A DNA stretch of 64,000 bases from Microthyrium microscopicum (taxonomy: Eukaryota), in NCBI GenBank assembly GCA_010405405.1, contig MU004237.1, positions 1,127,345 to 1,191,344 on the forward strand. Reading direction: 5' to 3'. The translations under genes were made by a program, and so were the position numbers. A model generated the notes under the pieces. The model did no database searches and was not told the DNA's origin. It saw only the letters and a list, made by a program, of their open reading frames with translations. Below, piece after piece: positions 1-13,750 of the stretch (position 1 is the first letter of the stretch; every line of letters starts with the position of its first letter).

Positions 1-3000
1 AGCTATGCAGTGGTCTAAATGAGACTGGTCTGACGAGACATGTTCTGGAAATTCGAGAGGTTTGCAAGTAGATGTTGTAGGGAACACAATTGAGCGACAG
101 ACAGGTGTTGGAGTGGTAGAGAGCGAGGGGTGTTGGGAAAGGGGGTGGAATTGATGATTGGGAGACGGAGATCAGAGATGAACCAGAGGAGAGGTTGAGG
201 AGACGTTGGAACCAGGAGCGGTAGGAGCTATCGAGGGTGGTCTGGGGGTTGGCGCTGGCGGATGCTCTCCCGAAAAAGTGGTGGCTTTTTCACGGTTTGG
301 CGGACGCCTCCAAAGTGCAAGGGGAGACAGCAGTGCAGGAGTGAGCAGTGATTGCCAGACAGGCCAGAGAGCAGTGAACAAGATGGTCGTGCGAGTTGAA
401 TTGAGGTGCCACTGCCGGGCGGGGGATTTATTATTACAGTGGGCTTTGCCTGTGAGCTGAGCTGAAGGGAGGCAGCTTCAATTGAGCAATGTATGGTTGA
501 GTTTGACAGACGCAGCCTAGTAGGTAAGATAGAGGCCAGGCGGATGATGGGGAAGTCCAGCGTGCTTCCGCGAGATGTGCGGTGTGAGAGACAGGTTTAG
601 CCGAGATGTGCCAATGAGGGTTGTGCAGGAGGAGAATTAAGTATTATTGCTCCAGTAGTTACAAGGCCCAAATAACGCGAATAGGGACAGTAGATGGAGA
701 GATTTGGGGGTGATGGTGGAGGTGTTGGAGTTGAGGCTGCCGTGTATGATGGGCATTTCCACTTTACTGGGCAGCAGCAATGATCGAATCCAGAAGGCGC
801 CTAGCCAAATCAGAGCAGTTGCGACTGGCGTGGGATACTCTTCCGTCTACAACTGTACAAGAAATAGGTAATAGGTGGTTTAGTCTATACTTGAGTGGGC
901 GATGTGCTTGTTTCGTGAAATTATTGGTGATGATGAAGCACGCTGAACAGGCTAGACGAAGGTCGGTCGTAGTGGTTGCGGATGCCAGGACAATTGATCC
1001 GGAAAAGCACTAGAAGAGGTACGGCTTTTGCTAAGGCTCTGATCGCCAACAAGCCAGGGAAGCCAACAAGTCCAAGATTGAAGACTTGCGTAAGATAACG
1101 CTCGATTGGGTGCTAGTTGTCCCGGCGGAGCGCGGCAAAGAAAGCAAATGTCTCAATGTCTGGAGGCTCTCCTTTCCTGTAGCTCAGCCAGTTGCTAGTT
1201 TAGGTAAAATGAAACACCTAGTCGTCCTGTAAAGTCGCATTAGTTGCAGGACTAGTGCACTTGAAAACCTGGGAGACGCTCGATGCGTATGTCGCTCCCT
1301 GAATCATATCGTCTCAAGAACAAACTCGATTTCAAGGAAGCAGCGATAATCCTAATTCCTGGGGGAGTGTGTGAAAATAACCCCAAGATGTCGTTTGTCA
1401 TGTGTTTGCGCAAGAAGCAGACGCGGATATCAGATAATCATAAAGCGTACGGAATATACGGGGGCACAGGCGCGATTATTCTATTTCTTCTTCTAAAGCT
1501 TCCACGGGCACCGCCGCACTCTCTGCCGTGCCTCATTTTGACAAGGCGCAATGTCACATCAATTGCGGCTTTCAACAACCTTGGGAGAGATCAAAGATCA
1601 AGGCTTAACCCCATCAAATCATCAATTGAAATGAAGTCTGAGAGACTTCCAAAGAGGTCCTTGCGGCTCTTGTGATTACACCACTGTAACTCCAGGCTGA
1701 TGGAAGTAATCAATCGAAAGATATAGACTGTCGCATCGGGGAAATTCAGTTAAATTGCCGCCTCCTAGGCTCATCCTGTGCTGCGTGTTTTTCTGACATT
1801 TTAGTTGAAATAGTTTCGCCTTCTTCATCAGTGTCATCATAAGTCTGGGATAAAGACGATATACTGTATCATCGTCATTGTCTATCTCCAGAGCGACCAT
1901 ATCCTGACTGACAGGCAGCAACAGTAAACCAGATATAACCTCTTAGTAAACAGGTTCGCGCGACCAACCCCAGGTTATCAAGACGCGTCGAGAAATCGCG
2001 CAAACAGGCGTCCAAGAACACAATCTCAACGTGCCAGTTTCTGACTTTGCTACAGCGCGGCTGGTCCACGTCCAATCAACCTCATCACGACTCGTTACAG
2101 ATCGACCAAACTTGCAAACTGGATTTTGTCCTGCATATCAGCCGCGAAGAGAGTTGAGCCACGTCAGCAAGCGCCTGAAATAGGTGAACATCAAATACAA
2201 ACTAGGATCCATATCCAACGAAAGCTATGGTAGTCAGCAATGACATATCTTGACCTGCAAAGGATATCTTATAAATTCTTCCTCGAACGAAGTCAGAAAG
2301 ACCACCAAAGATATTGAAGATTAAAAAATGGCATCGATAAACGTTTGGCTCGTACAGTATCTGCCCCTGACAATGCCTGTTCTGTAAACCAGTTAAAGGC
2401 CCTGCTAGCCTAGCCGAGGCGTGCGCCACTCCTCCCAGATCCGTCTCTCTTGTCTCATTATTTTGCTTGCCAGTGGTGCACAGTTCTGGAAGCACTCGAG
2501 TTGGCGTCTGCATGATACGGGGGCCCTCCTGGAGCTGGGGGGGCCGGCTCCTTTTGTGGGAGGACAAAGTGACTTCGCTTTGGAGATGTGAACCGCGCTG
2601 TCGGAATTTCTTGTCTGTGGTGTCCAGAATGAATCCTGGCCTGGCTCAAAAGCTTCGTAAAAGTGCATTCAAGTATCATTTCGTCCATCGTCTCAAACTG
2701 TTCTTACTGAATAGTGCGATCGCTAAAAATCAGAGACTCAAGTCAGATCAGTCGGCACTCAGCACTATTAGTTCGAGAAGTTTACAGTGCATTCGTAAAT
2801 GAGACATTACCTTCGTCTCAGCATCAACTAGCAAATGAAAAGCTCTCGAAATTATCATTCATAACAAACCTCTGTTAAGCTCTTCCAATCCCCTGATCCT
2901 AGGCCCGAAGCCGTCGCGCGGAGCTCCCCTTAGCTCCCTTCGCTTCAAGGCTATGGGGTTTCACAAACTCTAGATGAGCAACAAATCAATATTGACAGTC

Positions 3001-3461
3001 TTGGACTCCACAAGTCATGATATCACGTCTGATAATCCGATGTACATGAAGAATGAATGTGCATTCAATATCAAGCAAGATCTCAGGAGACTTGCAAAGC
3101 GGAGAACAAACTACTAAACTCTAGAAAATGCAAGCTCTCGCGAGTCGCGAGTCAGTAACTAATAGTGTCGACACCAATTTAGACGAAGATGTGGAGATGT
3201 TCTCAATAAAGAACTCGTGTGGCTTTTCTCTTTAAACGTTCAACATCCAACAACCACGCTCTCCACGATTCTGCGTTGTGATACAGAGATAATTCCCCCG
3301 TCTCCAGCGTCCCGAGCAGTCAGCCAGTGTGAAAATCGTACCTGTGCTGAGAATTCTCATTGGCTCGCGGCATGTCTTACAATCGGGAACTTTTTGACAG
3401 CGCATTTTCATTGGCTTACGTGCTGAGCACATATAAACTTTTATGCAGAGTATTGGAGGTT

Positions 3462-6400
3462 GACCATTATTCCATTCCCACCCCTTAATGGGGAGCGTTA
3501 GCAGATAATTATTGAACAGGATTTGAACAGGATTTGAATTCTGCAGCTTTTTGCTACTAACCTAATGGAGGGCTAATTCGCGCTAGTGGCGTAAATAGGT
3601 ATTATTAAGTAGGGATAAATGGCGTTATATAAATTTCCCCTATACGCGTTTTTAGGTCGTAATTTAGTAGATTCTAATTATAATTTTATTAAATAATATC
3701 TAAAATAGACCTCCTTTAAGAGGAATTAGTTATAATAATAAGTATTATAGTAGTATTGTTAATGCTTTATATTATAATTAAGGAAGAGCTATATAAGCGT
3801 AATTATAGGCCTCTACTAAAATACGTATTCTTTAATTAGAGTCTTAAGGGTAGATTAGATCGCCTAATAGTAGTAAAATATTAGTAACTACTTTAAATTA
3901 GTAAAGAATAATATCTATAGTACTAATTAGTATATAATAGATTTAAGAAGTATAAAATCCTTAAGCTAATAAAGCTATTCAACCTTAAGAATATAAAGCT
4001 TCTAAATTATCTTTATCTACCTAAGAAGGAGCTATTTCTACTTTATATAGTATTATATAGGTTAGCAAAAATCTATACTTATAATAATATCTATTAGCAC
4101 TTTAGTAGAAGTACTACATACCTAAAGAAGTACTTCAACGCTACTATTATATATCTTAACTAAAAATATATAAATACGCTATTAAGATTCTATCTATTAT
4201 TAATGCTAAATCGAATCTATTAGTACTCTAAAGTAATTAATTAAGCTAGTAGTAGTAATTTATTTTAGGATTATATTAATAATACTTATATTAATATCTA
4301 TAAGCTAATAGGTCCTATCTAAAGGTTGTTATATTCTAAACATAATAAAGTACATTATATTAAACACTAGGTTATTTATTGCCTTAATAGATTAATAATA
4401 ATAATAGATTTAGTACATCTAGAGGGTTTAAATAATCTAGGCATATTAATAGCGTTAGGTCTTAAAAATAGACTTTAATAAGTTAGTTTCTATACCATTA
4501 AGATATAATAATATAATAACTTACCTATTTAGATATTTAATAGTAGTTTAAAACTATAGCTATATAGTGACGTAGTATATCTAAATAATAATCTAATAAT
4601 ATTACCCTTCTAAGGTATTCTAACCCTAGAATAGTACTAATTAAATAAAGAGATATTAAAATATCATATTACTATTAAATAGGTATTTAGTAACATAAAA
4701 GCACTCTTTAAGGGAAGGATATTAGATTTTAGGCTTAGGTTAAGGATAGGATTAATGCCTATTAGCGCCTATATGTCTATTAGCTTCCTATTAGCTAATT
4801 ATTATACCTATTTTAGAGGGAATGTTATTTTTACTTACTTTAAGATAGATCTACCTATAATTAAATAATACCTTAATCTAGGTAGTATATTTAATAGCTA
4901 GATACTATTAAATCTATAAGACTAGAGCAATTTAAATAGTATAGAATAGTTATAATAGTAGTTAAAGAGATAAAAGTTATAAAGTAAAGTTAGATATTCT
5001 TACTAAAAGAGGGGAAGTTAATAGAGTAGGGTTAGCTAATTATTTAACTCTTTTATATATTTTTAAAGCTTTTAGTATCTATTATAATATTTCTATAAAA
5101 ACTAGATTTTATCTTTACTACTAATTTATATAGGAAACACTAGCCTAACCTTTATAACTATAATTAACCTAAAGACTTCCTTAATAACTTCTTTATCTCT
5201 ATTATCTTTAAGTAAGCTATCCTTACCTTTTTTCTTAATTCTATAACTTTACCTACTCTACTATTACTACTACTATTATTAATTCTACTACTAATAATTA
5301 TATTATCTTAAGTATTAGATCTATTAGAATTAATCTTTTCTAATTAAGCAACTAAGCTATTATAAATACTTATAATTCTATTAACCCTAGATATAGAAGT
5401 TTAAGTTCTATATATAGGTACTAAAACTAGCGTTATAGTAAATTAAGTTTAAATAGGTAAAGTTAGTAGAATCGCTATAGCGTTATTACTACTTCCTACT
5501 ACTAGCGTAGTAGTAGGAAGTTAAGTCTCTAAAACTATAGTATCTTTAGGTTTAATAGTTATTATCTTAAGATCTTTAGATTAAATACTAGATAGAAGTG
5601 CTTTCTTCTTAGCATAGGTTAGGCTTAAAGATATATAGAGCTTTATAGCTTCTTTACGCTATTTTTAGATAGTAACTTAAGTTGCTCTTCTTAAGTTTAT
5701 ATAGTTCTAATAACTATTATAGGTCTCTATAAAGTTATTTAAAGCAATATAGAATTTATTTATTAGTATATTATATCCTAACTTATCTTCTAGTTTAATA
5801 TAGCGTTAAGTAATTACTTATTTAATTGCTTATTAAATAGCCTATCTAGAGGATCCTTAGAGTAAACCTATACTTATTTTATAGGCCATAGTAATATCTT
5901 CTTACTACTTTAACTTTTAGCTACTAATAGTATTATTACTATTATTACTATAGCTATCTTTTAGTTAAGAAGCATAAAGAATTATATTAGTTAAGGCACG
6001 CTATCCCTATACTAAATTCTACTTTGTTTCTTAATAAGTAGTAGTAGATCTAGGAGTACTAGAAGAAGCTCTAGATCCTTAGTAATATAAAGGCTTTATA
6101 GTAGTATTTTAGGTAGTAGGCGTCTTTATTAGCAAGTATTAAAGAGCCTATATTAGGCTTTAAGATATTAAATCCTACGTAAAGCTATCTAGCTCCTTAG
6201 TAGGAGTATTTTAGCGTAGATAATTAGTATCCTAAAGCTAAGTTTCTAGTTTAACCTAAGTCTCTAGGTTAAAGTAGTATAGATTTAGCTAGTAAGTACT
6301 AAGAATTAAGGTATATAGTAATACTAATCTTAAAGTAGGTTAAATATATTATAGTTTTAAAGATAATAGTACTAGTAATAGCTCTAGCGTATACTTAGAA

Positions 6401-7309
6401 TATCCTAGATATAGTAGAGGAAGTATAATAGGATTATAAAGCTTAGGATCAATCTAGTTTAATAGTATATTAAATAACATTAGTGTTAAATTACTTAGTA
6501 AATTTCGTTATATTTTAAAGGAATTACTAACGTTAAAGATAGATATTTTAGATTTTAGCTTTATCTATATAAATAGTATTATTTTATATTATATCCGTAT
6601 TAAATTTAACGTTATTAATTATTGTTTTTACCTTTAGTACATTTAACGTATTTAAGATAACTTTATAATCTTTATAATAATACTATTCTATAGGACCTAC
6701 GCAAATATAAGATGACGTTAAAAAAAACCTTATGCTAGGCTTAAAGAGGAAATAAATACGCTAATTTATTAGTTTAAATCTAATTTAAGGTCCTTAAACT
6801 GAGTTTAAGGGCCTTAAATAGGATTTGAACTCACTAACCCAATTAGGAAGAGATTAGTTCCTACGGAGTATTCTGAAGGACCTAGAATTGAACTGCTAAC
6901 GCTGCCTAATAATTAATTTCCCACCCTTTTTCTTAGTTTCCCACCCCTCTCACTAAGATTAGTAGCTTTCCTTACTAAATTAGTGAGAACTTACTTTCGT
7001 AGAGAAAAGGCTTCGGGAGGTTACTTTAATTCTGTGCCTTTTGCTACCGGCATTTTAACAGCCTTGTCTTAACAGGTTAACCTACCTTTTGAAGTACTTA
7101 TTACACACTAGTTAGGTATCGTAACAAAATTCTGAAAAGGCTAAAAGATAGAGAAGAAGCTATTCTATAAGCTTATGTTTTGAGACTCTTAGTATTTTAT
7201 ACTTTTGGTAGAGATAGATAGCGAGATAGATAGCGATTTCAGGAGGGGTGGGAAATTAAGAAAAAGGGTGGGAAATTAATTGTTAGGGGGTGGGAATGGA
7301 ATAACGGTC
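3462..7309. mobile_element. Mutator-like (MULE) non-autonomous TIR element of about 430 bp, interrupted by a nested 3.4-kb insertion
   Basis: Left end GACCATTATTCCATTCCCACCCC (3462-) is the reverse complement of right end GGGGTGGGAATGGAATAACGGTC (-7309), with 1 mismatch. Perfect 9-bp direct repeat TTGGAGGTT at 3453-3461 and 7310-7318. The rest of the left TIR resumes at 6907-6948 and matches 7243-7285. A 9-bp TSD with long TIRs is typical of MULEs. Confidence 0.85.
3489..6906. mobile_element. Heavily RIP-mutated DNA transposon relic nested in the MULE left TIR
   Basis: Very AT-rich, TpA-saturated, CpA/TpG-depleted, no ORF of 60 aa or more. 14-bp inverted ends GGGAGCGTTAGCAG (3491-3504) and CTGCTAACGCTGCC (6893-6906), 1 mismatch. 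TAA lies on both sides (3486-3488, 6907-6909). Superfamily cannot be determined by eye. Confidence 0.75.
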
Positions 7310-8475
7310 TTGGAGGTTTCATGCACGCTCGTCGGAGTCCTGTTTAGCGGCCTTTTTGTTCGCCTGGCTGGGATGGGAGGCTCGCAAGTCTGTCTCTGGC
7401 GGCTACGTGGTCCCGACGATATGATATTTCGACCCCGTGGGGATCAACGGCATGGCGAAATAAGTGACGTTCTCCCATCAACTCTGATAGCTGCTACCAA
7501 CGCTGTTAACCAAAAGGTGCGATATTGTCCATTGTATTCGATAAAACCTTCAATTCTGAACGATCTCTATGGCAAATATAAAAGGTAGCACCTGATAAAA
7601 GAGCGTAGCGGCTGGGAGCCAACGAAGCTGATGGGAGCGCGCCAATTACTTTGTCGACCCGCTGGAATATTCTGATACTGCACGGTGTCCAGAAAAATGC
7701 TACGGAACAAACGACAGAGGACGCTGACCTTCTCATTACAATGAGTTCATTCATCGCGGTTTCATCATTATAGGGAGATTTATGACCAAATTCAGCGTCA
7801 AAGGCACACCAAAGCCTACGGCAGTGACTACTTTCTTACTTCGATGCTCGCTGTACCTCCCATACTCACATCTTTCAGGCAAATTTCGATATGGTCACTA
7901 GACCGCTTGATGATTTAAGATAGCTACTATACTGAACCATTGGCTAACTCAGCAGTCCTCAATCCAGCTATGCTGGAAATGCTAAACAAGCTCGGTGGTG
8001 CATGTGGACCAAGTTATAGCTAGCCCTATGTTGGTTCATGATGCAAGTATACACGATAAACAGTGCAGAACTTCCAATGGAGCATCAAAGCCGTGGCATG
8101 CCTGTCTACTCGGATAGACATAGCTGCTATCAAGGTCAAGAGTTATAGCAATTTTCTGTCAGTGACTGCACGATATCGCAGTCAAATGGCATAAAACTGA
8201 GATGAGGTATTGCTCAGACCTAGGAGAGTGAAACTATGGGTTCTACATCAAGTTTCAGCAAACTTGTCGCAGCTCCTCCGCAAGTAGGACTATATTGGTG
8301 GTGGCATATATGCTGACACTCTCGAGCTATCACCAAAATTAACAGCAGAATTCAATCTTGGATGGAGATGAATGAGTAAGACATATATTTTTTATATGCC
8401 AAAAGCAAGGGTATGATACGAAATACAGCCATCTAAACGCCCCCAGACTTCTCTAAGAGTCAACCCGCAAAAGCA

Positions 8476-9398
8476 TTACCTCGTAAACACCGTTTCACTC
8501 CTTGACAGCGCAGTCCAAGTCCCAGTCTGCCCATCATAACTCCTCGGCAAAGACGACGCTGGCGACACCAACATCGTGTCCGCCGCCGGCTTCGAGTCCA
8601 GCTCGGAATTTGGTAATGTGCATTCCAACTCATGAATTATCGGTTGCTCTTTCGGCTTCACCTTCTTGTCTATATACCCAGACATGCGCTCAAATCTGTT
8701 ACGGCGCGCTGTGCAGACTAGTAGGGCGGTAAATACGATCAGTAATGGTACGCCGATGCCGATTCCTACGCCGAGGCCGACGATGAGTGGTGTGTTGTCG
8801 AAATCACTCTCTTGTGGCATCCGTGCTGCTGCTGCCGCGCTCGCTGTAGGCATGGAAGTTGTAGATCGCCGCGAGGCAGGGTTGTGATCGTGGGCATAGA
8901 CAGTGTTGTTTCGAAGCCAGAAGCCGCCGCCGGAAATACAGCAGCTCGTGGCGTTGAAGCCGCAGCACATGCTGCCATCACCGCAGACGGTTATCGCAAT
9001 GTCGTTGGTGGACATGTCTCGGCGGCCTTCGATAGGATCACCAACTGTTTGGGGCTCTATTAGCAAAGCCATATCTTGCCGAATCTGGTGTGCGGTTGCA
9101 ACGTACCTATTCCAGCGGTGCAGAGCTTGACGCAACTGGGATCTTTCCATGTCGCGTCGGTACAAGACTCTCTCCAGACATTTTGAGTCTCAATCTCCCA
9201 GCAAAGTCCGTCTGTTCGGCAGCCATTTACGTTGGCGGTTGTGCGGTTTGTTGCGCAGCACATGCTGGCTTTGCCGGCGTCGTTATGACACGGTGCGTAG
9301 TCGTCGGAGGTGGATGTGCCATCTGGGTGGTAGCAGTGTGAGGAAGAGATCCGTGGGAGTGACAATAGCACTATGGCGAGTACTGTTTTGAGAGCCAT
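8476..9398 (-). CDS. Cys-rich single-pass membrane/cell-surface protein (hypothetical), 2 exons
   Basis: Signal peptide MALKTVLAIVLLSL, Cys-rich ectodomain (CY.P.G...PC...CC...C...LC...SCTD..W..P.C..LC), Ser/Thr/Ala linker and TM helix (IVGLGVGIGIGVPLLIVFTALLV) followed by RR. Intron 9057-9106 (GTACGT...GCTAATAG) joins the two ORF-track frames. Confidence 0.75.
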
Positions 9399-11125
9399 TA
9401 TAGAGGCTCACTGAAGATTCAAGATGGTCCAGTGGTGCGAGAAGTCAACATGACGCCTTGTGAGACATCATTGGGGGAGGTAGCGAGTGATACAACCACT
9501 TACCTATAATACCTTCGCAAGGCACAGGCCCCGCTCGCAGGACTGAAGTGGCCAAAATCTAGGAACGTATGCTGGTTTTGCGGAGTGGTGTCCAATGGTA
9601 GATGTGTTTGTACTTGTCCCATCGAGTGAAACGGGGTTTCGGAATCGAGACTGATAACCACGAAACCATCGGACGACAAACCACGCATTGTGAATCAATA
9701 ATGTGGAAGTGAAAGATAGATTTTAGCCATGCGTTCAGCAAGAATTCAACCTACTTCAGAAGAAAATATAAAGAATGATTCAACCCTTTGAAGTCTGAGC
9801 ACTATAAATTTGTTGTTTGAGGGAAGTACAGGGATGAATAAGCTATGCCGCTCTGTTGTATGAGGTTGTTGGAAGCATGTAGCAAGACCAGGATCCGAAC
9901 CAATTGGTGAGCAATGAGCAATTACTAAGAGATTCCTATAACATCTGATCTTATACAGGGCAAGTCTTCGAACCGAAGATTCTACGATGGACCGAACCCT
10001 CATGATATTGTAAGTTGACCGAATTGTACTGGAGAGATACATCGGCCCGATAAGCGATATGCTGCATGAAACAATTTCTTGTTCAGAGACTAGTTCTAGC
10101 TCTCCAAAGCCACTCGTTCTACCAGGTATGGAAACCAAATCGGGCTTTGAGACCAATGCCATCAGAACTCGAATCGCAGATTCAAATGACGGAAATATAA
10201 GCCAGAACACTGTGAAATTAAACACATAGGTAGAACGACATCTTCTTCAAAGCCGACTGTCGAAATATAGATAATCTTTGAGGCTTGAACAACCACAGTA
10301 CACCATCGCATTTGACAAATTTACAAAGAATACTTGCAAGTTGTATCAGGCTGAAGATATTTGAAACTTGAAAGCCTCACCCATCCCAGAAAACAGATAA
10401 CAGCATGTTGTCTGCCTTGCTAGTCGATGTACATGAAATAACATGCCAGCATCATAGATCTATCCACGAAGCATGTTGTTCCTGATGATTTTGCATCTTT
10501 GCCATCTAGACCGCCCGTCTCACCATGTTTACATTTTGCATACCTCAAGTCATGGTTATGCCGGCCACATTGGTCCACTGATAGAGAGCACTATTTAGAA
10601 TTGGCGAGACATCCAATCAAAAGCGCACAAAGTCACCTTATCGAGCAGTCAGCCTTGTGCTTGGCTGCATGAGCACTACCTAAGGTTGCCTTGCGGGGTT
10701 TTGGCCCATGGTCGTTGATGTAGATTTCAGCCTGGCTGGGCAACGATTCTGCTCTACAGTTTCCCGCGCCCAACATGCGGAGTCCTGTACTCCACTGGCT
10801 CGTCTTTGGAGGCAGGAGAACTGGAAGGAGACCATCTGGCTTTGGCAGCCAAAGCGATGTGGATGTTGGCTGTCACGATAACAGAGCCAGCACACTCGGT
10901 ATGTGCATTAACGCTATTTGCATCTTGCATAGATTCTAGCGAAATCGAGCTAATCATCATCTGTCTTCTTTTCAAGGATGTGTACTCACGCTCGCTGATA
11001 CGGGCTCAAGATGATCAGGCTTAGCAGCCACTATGTCCATTATGATCTATGAATTGAATGGCATAAAAGGATACATATCCCATTTTCTGAACAAAGAACA
11101 AAATTGCTTGACTTTAGATGTTTGA

Positions 11126-13379
11126 ATGATGCCACACACCAGAGTACTTTGGCTTCGTCATGATGTTTTTGTTTTGGTGTTGATGCCAGCTATCGTGTTT
11201 GGCCAATTCACGAACACATCATCTCTCAATCCCAATCCCGACAATTGCATTTCCATTGCAGCACAGAGCGGAATCCTGAAACCAGGTGATTATTCGACAA
11301 GTGAGACAAGAGGAATTGACCCAAAGCTAGTCAATAGCAACAGCTGGACGGTGATCACCGTAAAATACTCAGGTAAAGTCAGACTCCGTGTTTATATATT
11401 CAATGAATTCTAGTAGTCTAAAAATGGATAGGATGTGTCAAGGCATGTGGCATTGGACCCCAATGGTATGATCAACAAACCGCATTGAATATTCTCATGA
11501 CATGGGTTGTCTCTATCATGGCCTCAATATCAACATTGCCATTTGAAACTGGGAGACAAGATCACCATATATTGTACAAATTACGAAGATACTTCCTGGT
11601 GCCACTGGTCAACTGGATTGGTTCGCCCCAGACTGCACTAGCTTGTACTATCTACAGCATTCACTTGCTGATGAAAGCTGCTACAATAGTGAGGGTTGAA
11701 GAACGAAGGCATGCAAAAAAAGCACAGATAGACAAGCGTAATGACGTGAGTACAGAAACACGACAACATCGTGCAAAATTGAGGAAGGACAAATTGTTGA
11801 TTTTGCGAAATGCACTGTTCATTGCCAGCTGTCTAGGACAGTACGAGTTTCCAAATCTTGAGGAGCAGACATGTTCAATGCTACCAAGAACTCAAGACCC
11901 AATTCACGAAAAAAGGCGCAACAGAGCTTTACTGTTTGGTCTTTTATGTCCTCTTGCCTCTCAAAGCTCACCACCGCCTGCCGAACTACTGCATATGTTC
12001 AAAGAATCGGCGATGGTCACTGGGCCAAACGCTAACTCCACATGGACATCAGAAGATGTTGAGCATGTAATTGGGTTGACCAAGGAGTTGCTCCTTGAGC
12101 TATCCAAGGAACTTCATGTCCAGAGGCGTCATGGAATGTACCCAGTAACCATCGGTGTGTTCTGGTTTATGATCGCATTTGCGGTGGGCACCTTTCAAAG
12201 TTTTCGCGAGGTCGGGGATTATACAACTGCTCACTCACTTGGAATTGGGCTCCTTCTCAGCTGGTTGCCTGTCGTCGTAATGATGTCAATTGCAGATCGA
12301 AATCCAAATGGGGTAGAACACTGCACAGTAAGTCATACGCTTTGTAGATACTACTATGAATACACTGACGTGATTGCAGCATCTCATCGAGCGCTGGTTA
12401 TACAATGTCAATGCCATTTTGGACCATCATCTGGACCATTCTACCGTGCTGATTAAGCAGTGGGAAAAAGGCGTTGAGATTAGATTTCCTGTTGGTCAGT
12501 ACATCGGCCAGGGACGATACCTTCACCACACTGGTACTGGAGAGCAGTTAATGCGCCGAATCCAGCATGTTCGATCTCATTGGTCGGAGATTGATGACGA
12601 GCCAATTCACAATGACACTCCAAGGCCGGTTATTGCTAGCGACACACACAACCCCGGTGAGAATGCTATCGAACTGATGACAATTACCCAAGATTCGACT
12701 ATAGTTAGTGTTCCTAACGTGGAGGTTGAGACTACCAGTAGCGACTCCAGCTCTATCAATGAAACAACTCCAGCTAGACAAGCTTGTTGTGCTAAGTATA
12801 GCCTCAGCAATATGCGGCATGAAAGCAGAGCACTTCGAGGCCATTGGATGTGTTCATGGCTTTATGGTTGGCTGATTGTTAGTACAGCCCTTCTTTCTGC
12901 TTTCACAATAGCCTACAATACACCCACCATCGGCTTCGGATGCCGAGCTACCTCATACTTGCTGCAGTGGGTTGTCAGTAGTATATCTTGGATTATCATT
13001 GGACTTACTGCGCGGCCTTCGAAGCGGCTGAGGGCGGTCTCCTTGGCATCCAACACGCTCTCAGCCTGTTCATTCATCATGCTCATGCTATTCCAGGTAA
13101 GAATTGTGTGAGACGGTCTGAGTCATAGCCACTAACAGCGTCTAGGTCGCAGGTGTTTATAACAACTGTTTTTGCCAGTCCTCGCTTTTTGGTAGTGGTG
13201 GCGGTTATGTGCAGTTTGCTCCTGCAGCTTTCTATGAGAAGGCATATAATGTCGCACATTACTGGATTATAGCCACAGTTTTGGGATCAGTTAGCTGTGT
13301 AGGCTGGTCACTATACGCTTTTGTCGCTTGGCGTTGGAGCAGACCACTTTGGGACGAGCATTGGGGTGATGAAGTGTAG
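11126..13379 (+). CDS. Fungal multi-pass integral membrane protein of unknown function, 4 exons
   Basis: Three long ORF segments plus a terminal exon (VAGVYNNCFCQ...*), joined by GT-AG introns at about 11373-11432, 12328-12379 and 13096-13145. Many hydrophobic segments. Confidence 0.65.
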
Positions 13380-13750
13380 AGTATAGTTCCAGGATGGCCA
13401 GAAAGTACTGCTCCTCAGCGCCAACAAAGAAACTGCTTTGGTGAACGTTATGCGTATTTCGTATCTAAATAGTAACTGTGAGCAAAAGTCTACCTGTAGC
13501 TTCTTGAACCTTCAACACTTTGATAGCAAGAACAACAACGAGGAAGTGGAAGCAAAAGTATACGCAACTTACCTGCTCTACCCATTTCACGACCACTTCG
13601 GTATGGCCAGGCGTCCGATGTACTCTAGAGAGGTAGAATGACATCATTGAATTTCAGGGGTATATTAAAACAAACCCTTTGTGGTCATTCTCGAGATCCA
13701 AGTCATCTTTTTGAGCATTTCTGCCTTTCTTTGGCTTCTAATCTGGAGCC

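Noticed and set aside
1..3450. Short ORFs in the first 3.4 kb
   Set aside because: No recognisable motifs or coherent exon structure.
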